Part shown: positions 1 to 7,532 of the stretch, in pieces
Position numbering within the stretch: position 1 is the first letter of the stretch
Layout: the number at the start of each line of letters is the position of its first letter
Virus record (IMG/VR): IMGVR_UViG_3300045988_055134
Location: 1,364 to 65,363 of that record
Source: a virus
Strand: one strand, 5' to 3'
DNA length: 64,000 nucleotides
The notes under the pieces: generated by a model
Seen by the model: only the letters and a program-made list of their open reading frames with translations
The model's database searches: none
What the model was told of the DNA's origin: nothing
Translations under genes and position numbers: made by a program

Positions 1-91
1 TAAGTAGGGGATACTTGAGGAGTAGTTATAGGTGAAGCCCCACCTCCACCTTCCTCATTATAATAAAGACACTTACAGCAAACTTGCTTAA

Positions 92-167
92 AAGCAATTA
101 GCTCAGTTGGTTAGAGCATTAAAGTTTATTTTAATTATGGGTTGGTTCGATTCCAACATTCGCTTCA
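92..167 (+). tRNA. tRNA-like element with canonical D-arm (GCTCAGTTGGTTAGAGC) and T-arm (GGTTCGATTCC) but only 5/7 acceptor pairs and an apparent 6-nt anticodon loop; anticodon undetermined, possibly a pseudo-tRNA
   Basis: Manual cloverleaf folding; D and T arms are clear, anticodon arm TTAAA/GTTTAT/TTTAA. Confidence 0.35.
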
Positions 168-184
168 AAAGGGTGTCTTGATAT

Positions 185-260
185 GCTGGCGTAGCTCAGT
201 TGGTAGAGCGCTTCACTTGTAATGAAGATGTCGCAGGTTCGACTCCTGTCGCCAGCTCCA
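185..260 (+). tRNA. tRNA-Thr (anticodon UGU), CCA encoded
   Basis: Acceptor GCTGGCG/CGCCAGC, anticodon stem CTTCA/TGAAG, loop CTTGTAA, T-arm GCAGG-TTCGACT-CCTGT. Confidence 0.85.
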
Positions 261-263
261 TAT

Positions 264-340
264 GTCCCTTTAGCTTAGTTGGATAAAGCGTACGGCTACG
301 AACCGTAAGACCGGGAGTTCGAATCTCTCAAGGGATGCCA
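264..340 (+). tRNA. tRNA-Arg (anticodon ACG), CCA encoded
   Basis: Acceptor GTCCCTT/AAGGGAT, anticodon stem TACGG/CCGTA, loop CTACGAA. Confidence 0.85.
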
Positions 341-341
341 T

Positions 342-418
342 GTGGCTGTAGCTCAGGTGGTTAGAGCACTTGATTGTGGCTCAAGTTGTCGTGGATTCAA
401 ATTCCACCAGTCACCCCA
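342..418 (+). tRNA. tRNA-His (anticodon GUG), discriminator C73, CCA encoded; position -1 is T, not G
   Basis: Acceptor GTGGCTG/CAGTCAC, anticodon stem CTTGA/TCAAG, loop TTGTGGC. Confidence 0.8.
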
Positions 419-483
419 TGAGACCCAAACAGCGATTTTCAATCATATGTTTTTGGTACATACAAGATGAAAGGGGTCTAGAA

Positions 484-636
484 ATGAATAAGAAGACTTA
501 TAAGCAAGCTATGAAGAGGACTGGCGATGAACTACAAGAGTGGCTTCAGTTCAAGCGTCGAGGATCTTCTGTACAAGCTAAGAAGGGCAAGGGATCGTAT
601 TCCCGCAAACAAAAGCATAAAGATAAGGAGTGGTAA
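484..636 (+). CDS. small highly basic hypothetical protein (about 50 aa)
   Basis: ATG with AAAGGGG RBS; K/R-rich; lies between tRNA genes. Confidence 0.3.
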   Translation: MNKKTYKQAMKRTGDELQEWLQFKRRGSSVQAKKGKGSYSRKQKHKDKEW

Positions 637-638
637 TT

Positions 639-953
639 ATGGCTCGTTCATATCGGAAACAACCGGTTTGGAAGGATCATAACCGTGGCATGAAGAAGAT
701 TGCTAATCGTAAAGTGCGGCGGGCGCTTAATAGAAACATTAACCTCGACTTATCGAATTCTGCTTACAAGAAATATACTTGTCAGTGGGATATTTGTGAT
801 TATTGCTCTCTTGTTCCAAGTTCTTTTGAACAGTTCTATCATATCTCTGTTAATAGATGGAAAGAACGTAAAAGCTATTGGTTCTGGAAAGATGAACCAA
901 GTCCTACGAGAGAAGAAGCCTACAGAGATTGGCTTAAATATCGAATGAAATAA
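639..953 (+). CDS. hypothetical basic protein (104 aa)
   Basis: AAGGAG RBS 10 nt upstream of ATG; ORF ends TAA. Confidence 0.45.
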   Translation: MARSYRKQPVWKDHNRGMKKIANRKVRRALNRNINLDLSNSAYKKYTCQWDICDYCSLVPSSFEQFYHISVNRWKERKSYWFWKDEPSPTREEAYRDWLKYRMK

Positions 954-1030
954 GTGCTATTAGCTCAGTTGGACAGAGCATCGGTCTTCTAAACCGAGGG
1001 TCATTGGTTCGAGTCCAATATAGCATACCA
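954..1030 (+). tRNA. tRNA-Arg (anticodon UCU), CCA encoded
   Basis: Acceptor GTGCTAT/ATAGCAT, anticodon stem TCGGT/ACCGA, loop CTTCTAA. Confidence 0.85.
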
Positions 1031-1107
1031 TTAAGACTCTAACAGCAATTCTTTAGCTTATTGAGCATCTAACCGTTAATTAGACTATAATAGAGTCTTG
1101 ATAATAA

Positions 1108-1134
1108 GCAGAGATGGCCGAGCGGTGTTAAGCG
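1108..1134 (+). pseudogene. 5' fragment of a class II (Ser/Leu-like) tRNA (GCAGAGATGGCCGAGCGGT...) with no matching 3' half
   Basis: Resembles the acceptor plus D-arm of tRNA-Ser/Leu; downstream sequence runs into a CDS. Confidence 0.3.
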
Positions 1135-1153
1135 TAGTAACTATTGTTAAGAA

Positions 1154-1591
1154 GTGGTGATTTCTTTGTATGACGTACTGACAATCTCAGATTACATTCT
1201 TAGACGCTGTTCTGACGAAGGGCACACTGTTAGTAATCTGAAGCTACAGAAATTACTGTACTTTGTTCAGGCTGAATTCCTTGTTACAACTGGAAAACCA
1301 TGTTTCCGAGAAAAAATTGTCGCTTGGGATTTTGGACCAGTAATTCCTGAAGTATATCGCAAGTTTTGCATTTTTGGTTCTGCTCATATTCCGGTATCCG
1401 CAGTCGCGAATCCGATATTATCTAAGGGAACCAAAGAACTTATTGATGGTATTGTATTCACTTGCTTACCATTTAGTTCGTCACAGCTCGTTGAAATCAC
1501 TCAGCATCAGACTCCGTGGCTCAACGCTTATATTAAAGGCTATGGCAGCGAGATCACAAATGAGTCAATTCTCAATTTCTTCGCAGAATAA
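1154..1591 (+). CDS. Panacea-domain (DUF4065, SocA-like antitoxin domain) protein
   Basis: Motif LKLQKLLYFVQAEF...WDFGPVIPEVY typical of DUF4065; GTG start. Confidence 0.65.
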   Translation: MVISLYDVLTISDYILRRCSDEGHTVSNLKLQKLLYFVQAEFLVTTGKPCFREKIVAWDFGPVIPEVYRKFCIFGSAHIPVSAVANPILSKGTKELIDGIVFTCLPFSSSQLVEITQHQTPWLNAYIKGYGSEITNESILNFFAE

Positions 1592-1661
1592 TATGCTCAG
1601 TCGGTAGAGCGTTCGATTGATAATCGAAAGGTCGTAAGTTCAAGTCTTATCTGGACTACCA
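1586..1661 (+). tRNA. tRNA-Ile(GAU)-like element: good D, anticodon (TTCGA/TTGATAA/TCGAA) and T arms and encoded CCA, but the 5' acceptor strand does not pair; probably defective
   Basis: Manual folding; 3' acceptor CTGGACT has no complementary 5' strand. Confidence 0.4.
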
Positions 1662-1723
1662 TTTGGGAATATTTCTTTAATTTAATTATCTGCTTCTTTA
1701 TAAATACTGAGGAAGGTGATAAA

Positions 1724-2583
1724 ATGAAGATTTATAATCCAACTAACTATTCTTATATCACTGTTGTAGAAATCCCTAAGACAGAGATTTCAAAGTTTGA
1801 TATGGCATTATGTCAATAGCCACGTTAGACTTTGAAAGCCTATTATGATAGCTGTACTGTTAAGCCTTCTATTATTTCAAATGGTGGTTTCTTTAACATG
1901 AGTAATGGTTCAACTATTTTGAATTATTCTGATGAAGGAAAAATCATTAGCTCTAATTCTTCTTATAAAGAAGGGTTTGGAACTATAAATGGAGAGCTAA
2001 GATACGGTGTAATTGGTCAAGAGAAGTTTGAAGACTTCGTAAGTGGTTATCCAGTTTTGATTAAGGCTGGCGCCGCAGTTCCTATTACTATTGCTTCTGA
2101 GATTAACTATAAAGCTAGAAGAACTGTTTTAGCTTATAATAAAGAGAATATCTTTATTGTGGCTATTGAATCTCCAGGTATGAACTTCTCGCAAATGCAA
2201 TCTTTCTTGCAGACTCTCAAGGTTGATTATGCTATTAACCTTGATGGAGGCGGAAGTACCAAGGTATTACATGATGGTAAGTGTATCACAAAAGCACTTA
2301 CTAATCGTCCTGTTGATAATGTAATGGCTGTTTATTTAAAGCCAAAAGTTATTTATAGAGTATAGCTTGGTGCATTTAGCAAGAAAGCTAATGCAAACGC
2401 ATTTTTGGCTAAGATTAAAGTTCTTCCAGACACAATCAATGCAGGATATAAAAACGCTTATGTCCGCAAGGTTGGTAGTTATTGGAAGGTACAAGTTGGT
2501 GCGTTTTCTGTGAAGACTAACGCAGCAAGAGTAGTTCATGATCTAGCTAACAAGGGATATAATGCTTTTGTTACAACAATTTG
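1724..2583 (+). CDS. phosphodiester-glycosidase (DUF2233/NAGPA-like, NLDGGGST motif) plus C-terminal SPOR domain protein; three in-frame TAG codons (1817, 1826, 2363)
   Basis: GAGGAAGGTGA RBS before ATG 1724; the reading frame is continuous through the TAGs to a TGA at 2581; SPOR motif YRV-TAG-LGAFS. Confidence 0.75.
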
Positions 2584-2658
2584 ATTTTGTATAAATATTA
2601 TGATATAATATTTATACAAGATAAGGAAAGACACATATTACAATATGTGTCTTTATAA

Positions 2659-2730
2659 CGGGGTGTAAGTCAGTGGTAGACGGCGATATTTGGGGTATCG
2701 AGGTCGCAGGTTCGAATCCTGTCACTCCGA
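2659..2730 (+). tRNA. tRNA-Pro (anticodon UGG)
   Basis: Acceptor CGGGGTG/CACTCCG, anticodon stem CGATA/TATCG, loop TTTGGGG, T-arm GCAGG-TTCGAAT-CCTGT; CCA not encoded. Confidence 0.75.
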
Positions 2731-2813
2731 GTCTTTTGTGATATAAACCTCCACGCGGTAAAAGATGGGTAACGCTAATTATATCAAAGTAAAAAGAAAG
2801 GAGTCATTTAGTT

Positions 2814-3437
2814 ATGGCATACATCTATTAGATCACTAATGACATAAATGGTAAAATTTATGTCGGTAAAACTGAATTCTCTATCGAGAAACGCTTTAAG
2901 GAACATTGTCGAGATGCTTTCAAAGAGCGTAACGAAAAGCGTCCATTATATTCTGCTATGCGGAAATATGGAATTGAACATTTCCATATTGAGCTAATTG
3001 AAGAAACGGATGATCCAGAAGAGCGAGAAGTTTATTGGATTGAACAAAAACGTTCTTTCAAGAATGGATATAATGCAACCCTTGGCGGCGATGGAAAGAG
3101 ATATTGTGACTATGATTTAATATATTCTTTATATAAAGAAGGATTAAATATTAAAGAAGTTGCAAAAATTTTGAATTATTCTACGGACACTTGTTCAAAG
3201 GTGTTAAATCAATATGGTATTTCCAAAGAAGAGCGAAGTATTAAAAGTCGTTTAGGTATTATTAAGCCTGTTATACAGATAGATAAAAATACCAATCAAA
3301 TTTTGAATATTTTCCCTTCAATTAAAGCTGCTTATGATCGTTTGGGTAAACAACATTCAGGGCATATAGCTGCTGTATGCAATGGCAAACGAAAAACTGC
3401 TTATGGATACAAATGGAAATACGGTGAAACCTCGTAA
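2814..3437 (+). CDS. GIY-YIG homing endonuclease (Seg/I-TevI-like) with in-frame TAG at codon 6
   Basis: N-terminus MAYIY-TAG-ITNDINGKIYVGKT...R..H matches the GIY-YIG motif; C-terminal NUMOD-like DNA-binding region; AAAGGAG RBS. Confidence 0.8.
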
Positions 3438-3898
3438 CTTGCCAGAGCTTAGATAAGGTTATCCCTTATAGTTACGGCCACTTCCCCATTAAATGGGGTT
3501 ATGTATCACTCCTTTCCTATGTTATGGAAAAGACCCATACAGCAAATTCTTCTATTTACTTGAATACAAGAATGTTTATTGGTAAGTATATTACCTCCAG
3601 ACTATGATATATCTCTTTAAGACGGAAACAAGCGAGAGATATGGAGTCATTAGCTTGAGTTTCTGTGGGTCTTGATTTGAAAAAATAATAAACCTACACG
3701 GTTAAGCATAAATCATAAATCGTGTAGTAAAACGCTATATCAGCAAACTTTTGTGCTACTAATTTGAATAAATATAAAAGATATTTATGGTTTTAAGACC
3801 ACGATCTTAAAACTTAGTTCTTTTGGGTAGTGAACATATGGGGAACCGACAAAAGGACGAAAAGGAATTGGTTATGCCCGTTAGCGTCTTGTAAATAT

Positions 3899-3973
3899 TG
3901 GGGTGTCGCCAAGCGGCAAGGCAACGGACTTTGACTCCGGTATTCGTGAGTTCGAATCTCACCATCCCAGCCA
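3899..3973 (+). tRNA. tRNA-Gln (anticodon UUG), CCA encoded
   Basis: Close to E. coli tRNA-Gln (TGGGGT.TCGCCAAGCGG.AAGGCA); loop CTTTGAC. Confidence 0.8.
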
Positions 3974-3975
3974 TT

Positions 3976-4090
3976 TGGAAGTTAGTGTAAGAAATAACAC
4001 GCGCGTAAGATTTAGCCTAGCAATAGGTTGTAACAGCAGTTTTATCGTATGGGACGCGAGATATGGGTTCAAATCCTGTACTTCCAACCA
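3976..4090 (+). tRNA. tRNA-like gene (acceptor, D-arm, anticodon stem CGCGT/ACGCG, T-arm, CCA) with a 47-nt insertion in the anticodon-loop position that includes a GCCTA-GCAA-TAGGT GNRA hairpin
   Basis: Manual folding; class I spacing is exact except for the anticodon-loop insert; the insert contains CTA. Confidence 0.4.
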
Positions 4091-4112
4091 CATGAAAGAG
4101 AGGAGAATGTAT

Positions 4113-4544
4113 ATGTCACAATATCTTAACTTCTTTGTTCGTCACAATGAGGATTTTATTCCTCTCGCAAACTACTCTCGTAATACTCATGTTTATGATA
4201 TTGCAGAAGCCCCTTATGAAAAGATTAGGCGGTTTAGTCAAGAACAGCTTGAATCAATAGCAAGCAGATTGCGGGAGAGCAAGACTTCTGCTCATAAAGA
4301 GATTGCTCGTCTACAGCAAGAAATCGAGATTGTAAAAGGAATTATCATTACCGTGGATAATTTCGATGAATTGCTTTGCGCTATTCACAATATCACGAAC
4401 ATGATTTCTGAATATCAAGAGGATATTGAAGCTCTCGAGCGAGAAGCAATCGAGATTGAGTTTATGCGGAATATGACCTATGATGATTGCGAAATCTTCG
4501 CAGGCATTGAAATTAGTGATCCAACAATGGATGATATTTGTTAA
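4113..4544 (+). CDS. hypothetical protein (coiled-coil)
   Basis: AGGAGA RBS; ORF ends TAA. Confidence 0.55.
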   Translation: MSQYLNFFVRHNEDFIPLANYSRNTHVYDIAEAPYEKIRRFSQEQLESIASRLRESKTSAHKEIARLQQEIEIVKGIIITVDNFDELLCAIHNITNMISEYQEDIEALEREAIEIEFMRNMTYDDCEIFAGIEISDPTMDDIC

Positions 4545-4557
4545 GAGGAAGAAAGAT

Positions 4558-4743
4558 ATGTATATTTGTCCAACTTGTCATAAGGCTTTCAGTTCAGAGA
4601 GCTACATCAAAAAGCATTTCTTAGATTGTTGGAAGGAGCAACACCCATTCCATCAATCAACTCCAGCACCTCGTTCAGAGGATATTGTAGAAGTTCAAGC
4701 AGATGATGATGTATTGGCTTTCTTTGCGAGGTTAAAAGCATGA
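4558..4743 (+). CDS. small C2H2/zinc-finger-like protein
   Basis: GAGGAAG RBS; CPTCHKAFSS...H motif. Confidence 0.5.
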   Translation: MYICPTCHKAFSSESYIKKHFLDCWKEQHPFHQSTPAPRSEDIVEVQADDDVLAFFARLKA

Positions 4744-5093
4744 CAGAAGATGTTATGATTAAGACCCATCTGATTGTTACAGATGTTCACGAAGAATATT
4801 CAATTAGATGGTGCGGACGGATCATTGATACGAAGCCTTTATTAGTAAACAATAAACCTATTTTTGTAATCATTGGTAGAAACAAGCGTGTTGAGGTCAA
4901 TACTATTGATATGAAGCACGTCGAAGAGTGCGCGAAGCGTGTAACAAATCCACGAGGCCGTGCCGCAATCACAAGCGATCAGGCTTCTATTTACATTAAA
5001 GAAGTAGATGACAAAGAAACTTGTATTGGAGTTATTACTCATCGTCATGTGAAAAGTTATGCTCCAATGTATGATGCAGTAGGTTATGAATAA
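4740..5093 (+). CDS. hypothetical protein
   Basis: ATGA overlap with the upstream gene; 117 aa. Confidence 0.5.
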   Translation: MTEDVMIKTHLIVTDVHEEYSIRWCGRIIDTKPLLVNNKPIFVIIGRNKRVEVNTIDMKHVEECAKRVTNPRGRAAITSDQASIYIKEVDDKETCIGVITHRHVKSYAPMYDAVGYE

Positions 5094-5101
5094 GAAAGTA
5101 T

Positions 5102-5187
5102 GCCGCCATGGTGGAACTGGTAGACACAGGGGACTTAAAATCCCCCGGTGTAGAACCGTGCGGGTTCGAGTCCCGCTGGCGGCACCA
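5102..5187 (+). tRNA. tRNA-Leu (anticodon UAA), class II, CCA encoded
   Basis: Acceptor GCCGCCA/TGGCGGC, anticodon stem GGGGA/TCCCC, loop CTTAAAA, long variable arm. Confidence 0.85.
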
Positions 5188-5191
5188 ATTT

Positions 5192-5265
5192 ACCGGTTTA
5201 GTATAATGGTAGTACAGAGGACTCTGACTCTTCTGACGGTAGTTCGACTCTACCAACCGGTGCCA
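5192..5265 (+). tRNA. tRNA-Gln (anticodon CUG), CCA encoded
   Basis: Acceptor ACCGGTT/AACCGGT, anticodon stem GAGGA/TCTTC, loop CTCTGAC. Confidence 0.8.
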
Positions 5266-5311
5266 TTTTCTCCTTCTTTACGGACTCCTGGCGGCTTTAA
5301 TGCCGTCATAT

Positions 5312-5388
5312 GGTTCTTTAGCTGAGTTGGTTACAGCCTTCCGCTCATAACGGAAAGATCCAGAGTTCGAGCCTCTGAAGAACCACCA
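5312..5388 (+). tRNA. tRNA-Met/Ile2 (anticodon CAU), elongator type, CCA encoded
   Basis: Acceptor GGTTCTT/AAGAACC, anticodon stem TTCCG/CGGAA, loop CTCATAA. Confidence 0.8.
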
Positions 5389-5391
5389 TAC

Positions 5392-5465
5392 GCGGGGTTA
5401 GGCTATAGGTAGACCATCAGCGTTAAAAGGCTGAAAAAGCGGTTCGAATCCGCAACCCCGCACCA
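5392..5465 (+). tRNA. atypical class I tRNA with an apparent 8-nt anticodon loop GTTAAAAG (UAA or UUA anticodon) and a 3-nt variable loop; CCA encoded
   Basis: Acceptor GCGGGGT/ACCCCGC is perfect; T-arm GCGG-TTCGAAT-CCGC; only the stem TCAGC/GCTGA fits. Confidence 0.5.
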
Positions 5466-5489
5466 TATACATTTGAAAGGAAGTAAAGT

Positions 5490-6602
5490 ATGAATATTGT
5501 AAATGCAGGTTCTCGCTATCAGGTGTATGGCGAAGATGTTCAGACATACAAAGAGTTGCCTACTGCAACTTACACAGTCGGTTTCCATCCGCAGATGGGT
5601 TTTTGGCTTACCAAGCATGATGACCTTGTAATCAATGAGGGCACGATTTATGGCGATCATGCTCGCAAGGCAGATAAAATCCTTAAATCGTTTCAGATTA
5701 GCGCAAGAAACTTCGGTGTTATTCTTTCTGGTAAGAAGGGTATCGGTAAGTCTTTGCTCGCTCGAATGATTGCTAACAAATCTATTGAAAATGATATGCC
5801 TGTTATTATTGTTGATGCGGCTGTGCCCGGTATCAGCAATTTTCTTAGCTCTATTCAGCAAGAGGTAACAATCATTTTCGACGAGTTCGAAAAGACTTTC
5901 CACAAGACAGATGATGGTGATCCGCAGATAGAAATGCTTAGTCTATTTGACGGCATTGATAATGGCAAGAAATTATTCGTTATCACCTGTAACGACCCGC
6001 GTGACCTCAATGAGTTTCTTGTTAATAGACCTGGTCGTTTCCATTATCATTTCGAGATTACTTGCCCTGCACCTGAGGAAATTCGTGCTTACATGACTGA
6101 TAAGCTCGGCACTGGCTGGGACGACGAGATTGATAAGATTATTAAGCTGTCTCAGATGTCGAATATCACCTTCGACTGTTTGCGGGCTATTGCTTTTGAT
6201 CTTAAGCAGGGATACCCTCTCGAGGAAACTCTCATGGATCTAAATATCAACTACGAGCGTGATGTCGCTTATGATATTACCATTAGACTTTCTAATGGTT
6301 GGACTAATACCAAGTATAGTTACAGAGTTAACCTGTATTCTGCGGGATGGGTATATTGTGAATTTTACAATAAAGAGTTCTGCTACCACGTTAAATTCGA
6401 TGTGAAGAGTGTCGTTGCTGAGAATGGCGTGCTTTGTGTTGATCCCGATAAGGTCACACTATCGTTGCCGTGGGATGCTTTTGATGAGCTGCCAGACAAC
6501 GATGCAGAGATTGCTAAGAAACAGTGGCTCAATTCCACCTCCATTCTTTCTCTCACACTCACTAAGGTAAACGACTTGATGATTAACAAGTTTGGTGTGT
6601 AA
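5490..6602 (+). CDS. AAA+ ATPase (Walker A GKKGIGKS, sensor NRPGRFH)
   Basis: Motif content; GGAAG RBS. Confidence 0.75.
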   Translation: MNIVNAGSRYQVYGEDVQTYKELPTATYTVGFHPQMGFWLTKHDDLVINEGTIYGDHARKADKILKSFQISARNFGVILSGKKGIGKSLLARMIANKSIENDMPVIIVDAAVPGISNFLSSIQQEVTIIFDEFEKTFHKTDDGDPQIEMLSLFDGIDNGKKLFVITCNDPRDLNEFLVNRPGRFHYHFEITCPAPEEIRAYMTDKLGTGWDDEIDKIIKLSQMSNITFDCLRAIAFDLKQGYPLEETLMDLNINYERDVAYDITIRLSNGWTNTKYSYRVNLYSAGWVYCEFYNKEFCYHVKFDVKSVVAENGVLCVDPDKVTLSLPWDAFDELPDNDAEIAKKQWLNSTSILSLTLTKVNDLMINKFGV

Positions 6603-6612
6603 GTAAATATAA

Positions 6613-6647
6613 ACCCTGTCATTATTATATAATGACAGGGTTTTTTG
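6613..6647 (+). terminator. rho-independent terminator (CCCTGTCATTA...TAATGACAGGG then a T-run)
   Basis: Perfect inverted repeat followed by TTTTTT. Confidence 0.7.
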
Positions 6648-6776
6648 TTGCATATATGTGGGCATTGGACCGCGCTCGGTGCAAACGCAAAGTAGTTTTA
6701 GAATTTTTCGGGCCAAATATGGGAAAATGACTTGCTACAATTTTTATATCTATGTGAGAGGAGGGATTTATAAGAA

Positions 6777-6989
6777 TGGCTGATTTAGTAGTTCTTAAAG
6801 GTTCTTTTGCCAATCTCGATAGCATCCCGATTAAAGAGGGCTAGTTGATTTTCACGACAGATGAGGGTAATCGTCTGATTTTCTTGGATACTGATAACAG
6901 TACTCGAGTATAGATCACTTCTCCCGCGATTGAGGATACTGATACAATCATTTTGGACGCCGGCGGCGCTCCTATAACAATAGGAGGTT
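6777..6989 (+). CDS. small protein with two in-frame TAG codons; its N-terminal motif is shared with the neighbouring fibre-like genes
   Basis: GAGGAGGG RBS; ATG 6777; ends TAA 6987. Confidence 0.5.
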
Positions 6990-6996
6990 AAGGCAT

Positions 6997-7509
6997 ATGG
7001 CTGTTAAAACAATTTAGATTGTCTTAAAGATGCGCCGTGATAATGATTACAATTACGAGAAGGTAAAGGATAGTTTTATTCCCGAAAAGGGCGAAATTTG
7101 TTTAGTAGATACTGCTAAGCAAGGCCTTTGCGTGATTGTTGGCGATGGCGTGTCAACTTATGGAAGTCTTGAGTATGAGAATACTATCTTCCAACGCGCT
7201 TATTTCATTGGTGAAAAGATTTTCAAAGATGTTGATGGCACTCAAGAAATCACTCCTAATGAAAATAAAATTTATATTGATGCCAATAACTCAAATGCTT
7301 TATATTATTATAATGGTGTTGAGTTTGTTGGCATTGGACCGGGTTCGCTTCCCGTAGCGTCTGCGGAAACCGCTGGTATTATGAAACTTTACACTGGTAG
7401 TGGAGAGAATACTGATGGCACCATGACGCAAAAAGCGATTACAGATGTACTGAACACCAAAATTGGCGTTACAGTTAATTTAGAAGATGAAATAGCTATC
7501 TTCAAATAA
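6997..7509 (+). CDS. tail-fibre/structural-like protein with in-frame TAG at codon 7
   Basis: TAGGAGG RBS; ATG 6997 is in frame with ORF 7030-7509. Confidence 0.6.
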
Positions 7510-7532
7510 TCTTATAGGAAGAAATTAATTTT

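Noticed and set aside
2583-3900. Group I intron housing the GIY-YIG endonuclease within a tRNA gene
   Set aside because: Flanking tRNA-Pro and tRNA-Gln are intact and complete. No P7/P3-like conserved group I elements were recognisable by eye, so the endonuclease looks freestanding.
3903-4112. N-terminal part of ORF 3903-4544 and ORFs 370-483, 5035-5256 and 5086-5325
   Set aside because: They overlap well-folded tRNA genes; the true CDS start is at 4113 (RBS AGGAGA).
5392-5465. Assigning the 8-nt-loop tRNA as an ochre (UUA) suppressor
   Set aside because: TAA is the dominant genuine stop codon (about 80% of genes), so an efficient ochre suppressor would be deleterious. Identity is left undetermined.
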